A stretch of DNA of 64,000 nt from an uncultured Chloroflexia bacterium (GTDB lineage Bacteria; Chloroflexota; Limnocylindria; Limnocylindrales; CSP1-4): contig CAVRAX010000004.1 of NCBI GenBank assembly GCA_963719145.1, forward strand, positions 11,629 to 75,628, written 5' to 3'. Every line of letters starts with the position of its first letter. Within the stretch, counting starts at the first letter, position 1. The position numbers and the translations under genes are program-made. Below are positions 1-10,385 of this stretch, in pieces. The notes beneath the pieces are model-generated. The model saw only the letters and a list, made by a program, of their open reading frames with translations, did no database searches and had not been told where the DNA came from.

Positions 1-66
1 ATCGCCACCGCCGACGCCGCCGGCGCGACGATGCTAATCACCGGGGTCCGCCACTTCCGGCACTGA
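1..66 (+). CDS. 3' end of a CDS truncated by the window start (…IATADAAGATMLITGVRHFRH*). The tail resembles the C-terminal segment of PIN-domain (VapC-like) proteins.
   Basis: Frame 1 is open from base 1 to the TGA at 64-66. The resemblance to VapC tails (IAATA…TLVTRN..DF) rests on about 20 residues. Confidence 0.3.
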   Translation: MATADAAGATMLITGVRHFRH

Positions 67-661
67 CGGCTCCCGTCCTCGTCACCGAGCGCCGCCCATT
101 TGCGTCGGATGTCTCCTGAGGATTCGATGGGGGGCGCCATCCAGCCGGCAGGATGAAGCTCTGCCGGGCAGGAACTCGCAGAAAGTCGCTGTGCGTCCCA
201 CACCACAGTCCAACAACAGTTGACTTCAGGGCGAGGCAGGAGTTAGATTTCGCGCAGGCGCGCGGGGAAGGACTCGTGTCGAGAGGCGAGCGGACTAGCG
301 AGCTCTCTGGCGGCGTTGCATGCCTGACTCGTCTTCGGTCGTGGCCGACAGATCCCGGGCCCGCTTCTCACTTGCGCCGCCGCCGCCGCCGATGGGAGAT
401 GCCTGCAAAACCTCACGTTGGATTGGGGAAGGCGGGAGTGACGAGTGATGGTTGACTTGCGCTCACGACTGGCTGTCGCATTGATCGCGGCGATCATCGC
501 CGTGGCTGAGTTTCCCTCGACCGTCCAAGCCGTCCGGGACGTGCGCGAATAACTCCACGCATTGGTATGCGCGTGCGACGTCAGGCTGGCCAGCGCACGC
601 CACACAACTCGGACACAGTCTGCCCGACAACTGGTCGGTAGATAAGCCAGGCGGCGGGGCG

Positions 662-1132
662 ATGGACGAGGCCGTGTGGCTGTACAACCACAGCAACCTC
701 CAGAATGGTCTTGAGGTCGGGTACTTCTCCGGCTGGTGGCCCTACGGAACCGGTGGCTGGTTCTCAGGCCTGATTCCATACATCACCTTCGACAATGGCA
801 GGGCTGGGGCACGCGCGTCGAGCGGGCTACCGCCCAGTTCCATCATCATGAACGTCAAGGAGGGTAGTTCGGGTTTTGGAAACGTCGGCCAAACCCACTT
901 TACCTTCAACTACTCCGTCCCAAACGGAGTCAACATGGGCCAAGGCGAGGTCACCATATCCCACGCGTCTTGGCTTGACGACGGGGCGGGGAATCACACG
1001 TTTGCAGCTTCGTGGTCGAATGATGGGATCAACTGGGTCGGTTGGGGATGGCACGATGACTGCCAGAACTCGCCATACTGGATCACGAGCGTTGGTGCCA
1101 GTGTCTACAAGAACGGTGGGTGGGGGAACTAG
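662..1132 (+). CDS. Hypothetical Gly/Trp/Asn-rich protein, possibly secreted or lectin-like, within the lower-GC island.
   Basis: 156-aa ORF with clear codon periodicity. GC is about 55-60% against about 70% in the surrounding sequence. No recognisable catalytic motif. Confidence 0.55.
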   Translation: MDEAVWLYNHSNLQNGLEVGYFSGWWPYGTGGWFSGLIPYITFDNGRAGARASSGLPPSSIIMNVKEGSSGFGNVGQTHFTFNYSVPNGVNMGQGEVTISHASWLDDGAGNHTFAASWSNDGINWVGWGWHDDCQNSPYWITSVGASVYKNGGWGN

Positions 1133-1841
1133 GGCCCGACTCGGTTACCTGGGTCTCTTCCTCCTCGCCGCGGCGATTACTCAGTTCGCCATAACGCGCC
1201 TGCTGCCGGAGAGTATCACGCGATGCGTGACCCAAGCCGACCTCTGGCCGGGTGCCGCGGCGGCTGGGTTCGTATCCATGGGTTCTACGAATTTCGCGCA
1301 ACTGCCATTCGGCGGCATAAACGGTTCGAACGACGCATCGATGCATCTCTCCGGCGCGACGGCTCGTGGATATCTGAACCTAAAGGCCTTGGACTCACGG
1401 TATAAGGCCGAATTGGATTCAGTCGCCGCTTCAGCAGGCCTCGAAGCCGGTGACTGGCCGATTCTGCCACTCCAAGGCCGGATCGTTGCCGACACACCGG
1501 GGCTTCTCGAAGTGTATGTAACCTCCCTTGTCTTTACGAACCCAGGTGTTTCGGCGCGATATATTGAGAATATCAGTGGGCAGGGTGGGAATCCGTATGA
1601 TGTCAAATCTTCCGATGGATTCCCCGAACTTCGAACTACATCGGTCGGTCTTGGTGATGAGGCGATCATGATTGATGAATCGCCAGGATTGGACACGTTC
1701 CGCGAGCACACCGGGGCTGTTGACATACGTATTGGCAGCGTAGTCCTCTTGGTCTCCGTGCGAGGCGGCGCTGAGATCAACTCTATGGCAGCTGTCGAGA
1801 TTGCGTTGCCCGCAATAGACGTAATTCGGGCATGTCAGTGA
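1116..1841 (+). CDS. Hypothetical protein with an N-terminal hydrophobic segment (signal anchor), within the lower-GC island.
   Basis: The frame of ORF 876..1841 is followed. Its first ~80 aa overlap ORF 662..1132 out of frame and look non-coding. The likely start is GTG 1116, giving VGGGTRARLGYLGLFLLAAAITQF. GC is about 50%. The start is uncertain. Confidence 0.5.
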   Translation: MGGGTRARLGYLGLFLLAAAITQFAITRLLPESITRCVTQADLWPGAAAAGFVSMGSTNFAQLPFGGINGSNDASMHLSGATARGYLNLKALDSRYKAELDSVAASAGLEAGDWPILPLQGRIVADTPGLLEVYVTSLVFTNPGVSARYIENISGQGGNPYDVKSSDGFPELRTTSVGLGDEAIMIDESPGLDTFREHTGAVDIRIGSVVLLVSVRGGAEINSMAAVEIALPAIDVIRACQ

Positions 1842-1907
1842 CGAGAAGGGAGAGCCGACGCATGACAACCGCCCTGCTTGTGAGGCCGTGGAGCGCCGAT
1901 CACGACG

Positions 1908-3179
1908 TTGGGTGTCGGGCCTGAGGATATGGCAGCACCGACTGTTAGCGGACGGACGCACGCGGCGATTGACAGGATCCTCGCCATAGGACTGGTGGCG
2001 CTCGTCGTGGCCTGTTCGCCGGAGGAGCAGGCGACAGTATCGCCCGCTTCGGGGACGCCGACCCCTGCCCCGAGTGGCTCTGCCTCTCTAGGTTGGCGCG
2101 CCCTGGATTGGGCCTCGCCGACCCAACTCTCGGACGGAGAGCGTCCGGCTGACCTTGTGGTAGGTCTGGGTGGATACGCCGCGGTCGGCGACGTCGTCGA
2201 TGGCGGCGGCGCGACCGCCGCCGCGGCGTGGTTCACCGAGGACTGGTTGGTATGGTCGAGGACCCTGCTCGATGCTCCAGATACGGGTTCATCGACCATC
2301 ATCCGCGTCTTGCCTGTCGGCGGGCGCCTTGTCGCGCTCGGGACCTCGGGAGCTCTTCATTGCGTACCATCCGAAGGCGAGGGCCGAAAGTGTGACCCCC
2401 TGCCGATTGCCGTCTGGGTCTCGGATGACGGAGAGTCGTGGCAGCGCCAGGAGTCATCGCCCGCTCTCGACAATGCCTTCATCGTCGCCGCGGCAAGCAA
2501 CGGTGAGAGCATTACGATCGTTGGAAATCTCGGCTGGGACGAACCTCGAATCTGGCGAACGCACGACGGGGTCGTCTGGGTCAACGAGCCAATGCCGGCT
2601 CAGGTCTTTGATGGCGCCCACTTCGTTGACGTCACGGTTGCACCCAGCGGTTGGATAGCTGCGGGCTTCCGGGGTGGCCAGGAGCCCGGATGCTGCGAAG
2701 GGAACCTCGATGACCACTCTCCCGCCGCGTGGTACTCGCCCAACGGCGAAACGTGGCGCTCGGCCTACGTGGTGGACGCCAACCAGGATATAGGCTGGTC
2801 CCTCGGCCAGCTGTTTGTAGGTGCGGATGGCATCGTCGCGGATGTCGGTCCAGGGCCCGGACGCTGGACGTCGAGCGATGGCCGGCGGTGGAGCCGCACG
2901 GAGGACAACGACTCGATCCCGAGCCCAGCGGCCTCCGACGGAACCCACATCATCGGCTACACGATTGACGTCGCGCGGCGTTTCCAGTTCGCAATGAGCA
3001 CGGACGGGGTGACATGGCGGGGACTCGACAACCTCGGGTCGCTCGATGAAGCACCCAACGCGACGCGCGCGCAAAGCGAGTGGATCAACGTCGCCCGTCT
3101 CTTACCGACCGGCGTCGCCATCCTCGGCGAGAACGCTGCCGACGAGTTCCCGATCTGGTTCGCCGCGGGCGTCGAGTGA
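1908..3179 (+). CDS. Secreted lipoprotein with BNR/Asp-box repeats (sialidase/Ycf48-like beta-propeller).
   Basis: Signal peptide plus lipobox (LVALVVAC|S). Five S-x-D-x-G-x-(T/W)-W motifs: SDDGESWQ, THDGVVWV, SPNGETWR, SSDGRRWS, STDGVTWR. Confidence 0.8.
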   Translation: MGVGPEDMAAPTVSGRTHAAIDRILAIGLVALVVACSPEEQATVSPASGTPTPAPSGSASLGWRALDWASPTQLSDGERPADLVVGLGGYAAVGDVVDGGGATAAAAWFTEDWLVWSRTLLDAPDTGSSTIIRVLPVGGRLVALGTSGALHCVPSEGEGRKCDPLPIAVWVSDDGESWQRQESSPALDNAFIVAAASNGESITIVGNLGWDEPRIWRTHDGVVWVNEPMPAQVFDGAHFVDVTVAPSGWIAAGFRGGQEPGCCEGNLDDHSPAAWYSPNGETWRSAYVVDANQDIGWSLGQLFVGADGIVADVGPGPGRWTSSDGRRWSRTEDNDSIPSPAASDGTHIIGYTIDVARRFQFAMSTDGVTWRGLDNLGSLDEAPNATRAQSEWINVARLLPTGVAILGENAADEFPIWFAAGVE

Positions 3180-3526
3180 CGTTCAACATAGGAGAGGGTC
3201 CACTGATCTCGTCCCGGTCGCTCCGTGCCCGAGCGCCACGGTGATGTCCCTTGCACGGGTATCGTGCTGCTGGTAGTCATCCTCCGGCTGAGTTGATCCC
3301 GCCATCGGTCAGAGGATCGGCGCGTGACAACCGGCTATGATCTCGGCCATGCCGCGCCCGAGCTCGATGGCGATGCCGGGGCGGCCACGGACGACGGCCT
3401 CGGCCTAGCCGCCTCGCGCGGCTCTGCCACCGGGCCGCCAGCCCGGCGGCCGCCGCGCTTCGTCCTGCCGATCGATGAGATCGGCATCGCCCGCCGCCCA
3501 TCCGCGGCCCCCGAGGTGACCCCACG

Positions 3527-5170
3527 ATGCCCGACCGACCCCGCTACTACCTGACGACCGCCATCGCCTACGCCAACCACAAGCCCGGCCTCCACACCCT
3601 GTACGAGGTGATCGGGGCCGACGTCATCGCGCGCTGGCACCGCCTCAAGGGCGACGACACCCGGTTCCTGACCGGCACCGACGAGCATTCGGTCAACATC
3701 GCCATCCGTTCGGCCGAGGAGGGCGTCCCGCCGAAGACCTTCGTCGACGCCCGAGTCACGGAGTTCATCGACGCCGAGGCCGCGCTCGGGATCTCACCCG
3801 ACCGGTTCATCCGGACGACCGACCCCGACCACGTCGCCTCGGCCCAGGAGATGGTCCGGCGGGCCCATGCCAACGGCGACATCTACCTCGGCACGTACGA
3901 AGGCTGGTATTGCCCGAACGAAGGCTTCAAGGCCAACTCCGATCTCCTGGAAACTGCGAACGGCTGGCAGTGCCCCAACCATCCCGACGTGCCGCTCCAG
4001 TGGCTGACCGAGCGGAACTGGTTCTTCCGCCTCTCGGCCTACCAGGAGCGGCTCGAGCGCTGGTTCCTCGACAACCCCGACGCGGTCCAGCCCGACTTCC
4101 GCCGCAACGAGATGCTCGGCTTCATCCGGGGCGGCCTCGAGGACTTCTCCATCAGCCGGGCGGGGGCGGCCTGGGGCATTCCCTTCCCGATCGGCGAGGA
4201 CGGCCAGACGGCCCGGCGCGAGGACGGCTCGTGGGACCCGGAGGCCGGCACGATCTACGTCTGGTACGACGCCCTCATCAACTACATCACCGGCGCCGGG
4301 TTCCCGGGCGATGCCGAGGCCTTCGCGAAGTGGTGGCCGGCCGACCTCCACGTCATCGGCAAGGACATCGCCCGGTTCCACACGATCTTCTGGCCGGCGA
4401 TGCTCTGGAGCGCCGGCCTCGAGGCGCCGCGGAAGGTCTGGATCCACGGCTTCCTGCTCCTCAAGGGCGGCGAGCGGATGAGCAAGAGCCGCGGCAACAT
4501 CTTCGATCCCCACGACATGGTCGCGGCCTTCGGCAGCGACGGGACCCGCTACGTGGCGCTGCGCGAGGTCCCGTTCGACCGCGATGCCGAGGTCTCCTGG
4601 GAGTCGTTCGTCCGGCGCTACAACGCCGACCTGGCGAACGACTTCGGCAACCTCGTGAACCGGACGGTCTCGATGGCCGTCAGGTACCTCGGAGGGGAGC
4701 GACCGGCGCCCCGGACGGCGCCGGGGTCGTCGCCGCTCGCCCACGCCTGGGCATCGACGCTCGAGGCCTACGTCGAGCGGCTCGAGGGCTGCCTCCTCCA
4801 CGATGCCCTGGCCGCGCTCTGGGACTTCGTCGGCGAGGCCAACCGGTTCGTCGATGCCGAGCAGCCGTGGGTCCTGGCCAAGGCGGCGAAGGCAGGCGAC
4901 GAGGAGGCGGCCTCGCGCCTTCGTGATGCGCTCGGCGACCTCGTCGAGGCCTGTCGCGTCGTCGGCCTGGCGACGGCGCCGTTCCTGCCCCAGACCGCGC
5001 CGCGACTGCTGGCCCAGCTCGGCCACGCCTTTACGTACGGGACCGACGGCAACGGCGGCCCGCCGATCCTCGATGAGCTCAGGTGGGGCGCGTACGCGGG
5101 GGAGGCTGGCAGGCTGGCGACTCCGGAGCCGTTGTTCCCGAGGCTGGATGTCGAACCAGGCGACGGCTGA
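3527..5170 (+). CDS. metG: Methionine--tRNA ligase.
   Basis: Class I aaRS. Motif YANHKPGLH (HIGH-type), KMSKS motif RMSKSRGN, and anticodon-binding C-terminus. 547 aa. Confidence 0.95.
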   Translation: MPDRPRYYLTTAIAYANHKPGLHTLYEVIGADVIARWHRLKGDDTRFLTGTDEHSVNIAIRSAEEGVPPKTFVDARVTEFIDAEAALGISPDRFIRTTDPDHVASAQEMVRRAHANGDIYLGTYEGWYCPNEGFKANSDLLETANGWQCPNHPDVPLQWLTERNWFFRLSAYQERLERWFLDNPDAVQPDFRRNEMLGFIRGGLEDFSISRAGAAWGIPFPIGEDGQTARREDGSWDPEAGTIYVWYDALINYITGAGFPGDAEAFAKWWPADLHVIGKDIARFHTIFWPAMLWSAGLEAPRKVWIHGFLLLKGGERMSKSRGNIFDPHDMVAAFGSDGTRYVALREVPFDRDAEVSWESFVRRYNADLANDFGNLVNRTVSMAVRYLGGERPAPRTAPGSSPLAHAWASTLEAYVERLEGCLLHDALAALWDFVGEANRFVDAEQPWVLAKAAKAGDEEAASRLRDALGDLVEACRVVGLATAPFLPQTAPRLLAQLGHAFTYGTDGNGGPPILDELRWGAYAGEAGRLATPEPLFPRLDVEPGDG

Positions 5171-5232
5171 TCGTCGTACTCACGGTGGGCCGGCTGCGGC
5201 CCGGCATAGTCCTCGATCCAAGGAGGCTCCTG

Positions 5233-5595
5233 ATGGCGCACGGCGAGATCAACCACATCGAGTTCCCGGCCGACGACCTGGAGCGGGCAAAGCGCTTCTA
5301 CGGCGCGGTCGCCGGCTGGGAGTTCTCGGCGATGGAGGGCATGCCGGACTACTGGCTGTTCCGGTCGGGCGAGGGATACGGCGGCGGCATCGGCAAGCGC
5401 GGCGTGACGACGGGTGCGGCCCTGCGCGACTACATCGAGGTCGATTCGATCGAGGCCGCCATCGCCGCCTCGGATGCCAACGGCGGCGCGACTGTCGAGC
5501 CGAAGACCGAGATCCAGGGCATGGGCTGGTACGCCGTCGTCCGCGATCCCGAAGGCACCGAGATCGGGCTGTTCCAGGCGGCGCCGCGCGACTGA
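5233..5595 (+). CDS. VOC/glyoxalase-family protein.
   Basis: The internal ATG at 5233 is preceded by AAGGAGG. About 120 aa with a glyoxalase/bleomycin-resistance-like pattern (HIEFPADDLERAKRFY…GMGWYAVVRDPEGTEIGLFQ). Confidence 0.75.
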   Translation: MAHGEINHIEFPADDLERAKRFYGAVAGWEFSAMEGMPDYWLFRSGEGYGGGIGKRGVTTGAALRDYIEVDSIEAAIAASDANGGATVEPKTEIQGMGWYAVVRDPEGTEIGLFQAAPRD

Positions 5596-5622
5596 CCGCC
5601 CGGGCCGGTCCACGGCTCGCTC

Positions 5623-5688
5623 GCCGCCCCGCCACCGCCACGCCGGCGCGTCGCGGCCGCCCCGCCACCGCCCCGCCGGCGCGTCGCG
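5623..5688. repeat. Perfect-but-one tandem duplication of a 33-bp GC-rich unit (gccgccccgccaccgccMcgccggcgcgtcgcg ×2) in the VOC–tatD intergenic region.
   Basis: Direct reading: copy 1 is 5623-5655 and copy 2 is 5656-5688, with 1 mismatch. Confidence 0.8.
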
Positions 5689-5707
5689 GCCGTCACAATC
5701 GGTCGCG

Positions 5708-6580
5708 ATGCGCTTGATCGACTCGCACTGCCATCTGCAGGCCGACCGGTTCGACCCGGATCGGGCCGAGGTCATCGACGCGGCCCGCGCCGCGGGCGTC
5801 GAGCGGATCCTCGTGCCCGGCTGGAACGCCTGGTCGTCCGAGGCCGCCCTCGAGCTCGTCGATCGCCATCCGTGGCTCGATGCCGCCGTCGGCGTCCATC
5901 CCCACGACGCGGCCAGGGTGACCGAGGCGGAGTGGGGGAGGATCGCCGTGCTGGCTGCGGACCCGCGAGTCGTCGCCATCGGCGAGACCGGCCTCGACTA
6001 CGACCGCGTCTTCTCACCGATTCCCGACCAGCATGCCAATCTCCGGCGCAACCTCGCCCTCGCCGTCGAGACGGGCAAGCCGGCGATCCTCCACTGCCGC
6101 TCCCGGGCCGGCGCCCGTGACGCCCAGGACGCGCTGCTCACGGAGCTGAGAGCAGCCGGCATCGGTGGCGCGGCCGCCGCGAACGCCCTCGGTGACCGCC
6201 CTCAGGCGGTCCTCCACTCGTTCTCCGGCCCCCTCGACTTCGCCCGCGCTGCGCTCGACCTCGGGCTCGCGATCTCGATCTCGGGCCTCGCCTTCCGGAA
6301 GGGCGAGGAGCCGACGGCCGAGGTCGCGACGTTCGTGCCCGACACCCGGCTCCTCGTCGAGACCGACTCGCCGTTCCTGTCGCCGCCCGGCGCCCCGCGA
6401 GGTCGCAATGCCCCGGAATGGGTCCGGATCACCGCGGAGTGGGTCGCCGAGCGGCGGGGGATCGACCGTGGCGCGAACGACGATGCGGCTGGCGTCGCGT
6501 TCGGGACTGCGCTCATCGACGCTTACGATCGGGCCTTCCGGGGTTCGACACCGAGAGTCGGGGCGACGTCCGGCGCCTAG
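5708..6580 (+). CDS. tatD: TatD-family metal-dependent hydrolase/DNase.
   Basis: Starts MRLIDSHCHL (the HxH motif). TIM-barrel hydrolase signatures are present. The metG–tatD linkage is conserved in Gram-positives. The N-terminal part of ORF 5414..6580 reads through the repeat and is rejected. Confidence 0.85.
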   Translation: MRLIDSHCHLQADRFDPDRAEVIDAARAAGVERILVPGWNAWSSEAALELVDRHPWLDAAVGVHPHDAARVTEAEWGRIAVLAADPRVVAIGETGLDYDRVFSPIPDQHANLRRNLALAVETGKPAILHCRSRAGARDAQDALLTELRAAGIGGAAAANALGDRPQAVLHSFSGPLDFARAALDLGLAISISGLAFRKGEEPTAEVATFVPDTRLLVETDSPFLSPPGAPRGRNAPEWVRITAEWVAERRGIDRGANDDAAGVAFGTALIDAYDRAFRGSTPRVGATSGA

Positions 6581-6990
6581 GTTCGGGCCGGCGCCCGGTA
6601 GCGTCGCCGCCAAGTCGCTGGATTCCTGGCCCGAGCGCACCGCAACACCACACCGGCCGCGCCTACCCCGCCGCGGACTTCCTGCGACCGTGGATGTGGA
6701 TGGCCCGAGTGGATGGCCCGGGTGGATGCTGCGCCTCGGGCGCGTGATGCCGGTCGCGATGGCGGTCGGCGAGCCGTCCGTGAAACGGAGGGCAGGCTCG
6801 TGAGCGTGGGGCAGTCATGGAGCGACTGCGCCGGCAGGCAATGGAGCCGCGAACCCCGCGGCAGATCGGGCACGACGCGATCCGACCCCACCAGGCCTCG
6901 GCTACCTGACCCCCGCCCACTTCCTGGCCTCGCCCCCGGTCGAGGCGTCACGGACGCACTTGCCGAGAGTACTGGCCGAGTACACGCCGG

Positions 6991-7020
6991 TTGACATCCT
7001 GCGGGGCCGCTGCCTACACT
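6991..7020 (+). promoter_or_regulatory. Sigma-70/SigA-type promoter candidate for groES-groEL: TTGACA-N18-TACACT.
   Basis: -35 TTGACA at 6991-6996 and -10 TACACT at 7015-7020, immediately 5' of the CIRCE element. Confidence 0.5.
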
Positions 7021-7021
7021 G

Positions 7022-7048
7022 TTGGCACTCTCACACCGAGAGTGCTAA
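7022..7048 (+). promoter_or_regulatory. CIRCE element (HrcA operator): TTGGCACTC-N9-GAGTGCTAA.
   Basis: Near-consensus CIRCE inverted repeat (TTAGCACTC-N9-GAGTGCTAA) about 180 nt upstream of the groES start. Confidence 0.8.
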
Positions 7049-7225
7049 TCGACGAAACGACCCGGATCTGACGGGCGCCCCGACAGACGGGAGGACGCGC
7101 CGGGACCGCGGTTCGTCGAACGGCATCAACAGATCGTCAGCCGGTCGGCCCAGGACGCGATGCGCCAGGGGCCCCGTCCCGGCATGAGGCCCGACGGCCG
7201 GGTGCCGTCACTGGAGGAAAGCACG

Positions 7226-9230
<2,005 letters not shown>

Positions 9231-9250
9231 GCCGCGATCCGATCAACCTG

Positions 9251-9278
9251 GCGCCCGGGCCCGCGAGGGCCCGGGCGC
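9251..9278 (+). terminator. Intrinsic-terminator-like perfect hairpin after groEL (GCGCCCGGGCCC-GCGA-GGGCCCGGGCGC followed by a TTCGATTCC tail).
   Basis: 12-bp perfect stem with a 4-nt loop, 20 nt after the groEL stop. The U-tract is weak, as is usual in high-GC genomes. Confidence 0.55.
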
Positions 9279-9377
9279 TTCGATTCCCGACCCACCGACG
9301 AGCCGGACCATCGGCGCCTTGACAGGGCCCGGGGTGGCGGCCAGTCTGGCGCCGCGTCACCACCGCCGGAGGGACCC

Positions 9378-10133
9378 ATGCACCGTCGAGCCCTCGCGCT
9401 GCCCGCCTTGCTCGTCGTCGCCGCGATCGCGGTCGGCGCCTGCGGGACTGCGGCGCCTGCCCTGTCCGACCCGACCGAGATCCTGACCAAGGCCGTCGAG
9501 TCGATCCAGAACGCCAAGACCGTCCACATGGAGGCCACCGTCGAGGGCAGCGTCAAGCTCGACCTGTCGGGCACGGGCCAGGCCGGTGACATCTCCCTGG
9601 TCGGGACGAAGATGGCCCTCGACGTCGACGTCGAGCACAGCAACGCCAAGGTCAACCTCGCGATCCCGGCGATCCTGGGGATGACGATCGACGTCATCGT
9701 CGTCGGCCAGGAGACGTACACGAAGGTCTCGCTGATCGGTGACAAGTACCAGAAGGGCACGACCGCCGATACCGGCCTCCCCGTCGACGCCGCGGATCCC
9801 GCCCAGAGCCTCAAGGACCTCCAGGACTGGCTCAAGAAGCCCGAGGTGGCACCGACGAAGGAGGCCGACGTCTCGTGCGGCTCCAAGTCGTGCTACCAGG
9901 TCAAGATCGACCTCACCGCCGACGAGCTGGCGGCCCTGATCCCCGAGGCGAGCGGGGCGAGCGACACCGCGGTCGCCCTGACGGTCCTCGTCGAGAAGGA
10001 CACGACACGACCGGCGAGCCTGTCGCTCAACCTGAACTCGAGCGATCTCGGCAACGTGACCGTGACGCTGACCCTGAGCAAGTGGGACGAATCGCTGGAC
10101 ATCAAGGCGCCGCCGGCGGACCAGGTGGAGTAG
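9378..10133 (+). CDS. Putative lipoprotein, possibly with an LppX/LprG/LolA-like fold.
   Basis: Signal peptide plus lipobox (AIAVGAC|G). 251 aa, beta-rich and Thr/Asp-rich. The family assignment is tentative. Confidence 0.7.
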   Translation: MHRRALALPALLVVAAIAVGACGTAAPALSDPTEILTKAVESIQNAKTVHMEATVEGSVKLDLSGTGQAGDISLVGTKMALDVDVEHSNAKVNLAIPAILGMTIDVIVVGQETYTKVSLIGDKYQKGTTADTGLPVDAADPAQSLKDLQDWLKKPEVAPTKEADVSCGSKSCYQVKIDLTADELAALIPEASGASDTAVALTVLVEKDTTRPASLSLNLNSSDLGNVTVTLTLSKWDESLDIKAPPADQVE

Positions 10134-10202
10134 GTTCCGCCGGCCGGCCCGCCACCGCACCGGCGTGATCGCTGCTCACGGCCCGCGAGGCCTCGCCGGG
10201 CG

Positions 10203-10365
10203 GGCCGCTCGATTCCGGGCCCCCCGCCTCGCCACGGGAAACGCCGATGATCTGGCGATGAGTGGCCGCTCGGTTCCGGGCTCCCCGCCTCGCCACCGGG
10301 GAGGGCCGCTCGGTTCCGGGCTCCCCGCCTCGCCACTGGGGAACGCCGATGATCTGGCGATGAGT
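10203..10365. repeat. Composite tandem repeat immediately upstream of pcrA. A ~38-bp unit R (GGCCGCTCGGTTCCGGGCTCCCCGCCTCGCCACNGGG) occurs three times. A 24-bp unit S (AAACGCCGATGATCTGGCGATGAGT) follows the first and third R copies.
   Basis: Direct reading gives R1 10203-10238, S 10239-10263, R2 10264-~10302, R3 10304-10341 and S 10342-10365. S contains the small hairpin CGCC-N8-GGCG. Confidence 0.7.
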
Positions 10366-10385
10366 GGCCGACCTACAATGGCGGG

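Noticed and set aside
462-566. 34-aa ORF MVDLRSRLAVALIAAIIAVAEFPSTVQAVRDVRE.
   Set aside because: It is too short and unsupported. It could be a small membrane peptide, but there is no RBS at suitable spacing and no conservation evidence available.
876-1115. ATG-initiated 5' portion of ORF 876..1841.
   Set aside because: It overlaps ORF 662..1132 out of frame with a low-complexity translation. The hydrophobic N-terminus of the real protein starts near 1116-1140.
3180-3526. Possible T-box leader upstream of metG.
   Set aside because: No T-box consensus (…GGGTGGTACCGCG…) or specifier/antiterminator arrangement was found by eye.
3794-5026. 410-aa minus-strand ORF and 338-aa plus-strand ORF (3910..4926) overlapping metG.
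   Set aside because: Antisense or out-of-frame to a confidently identified metG. The translations are Arg/Pro/Gly low-complexity, typical of high-GC artefacts.
5414-5707. N-terminal 98-aa extension of the tatD ORF reading through the 33-bp tandem repeat.
   Set aside because: Canonical TatD begins at MRLIDSHCHL (5708). The upstream part is Arg/Pro low-complexity and overlaps the VOC gene out of frame.
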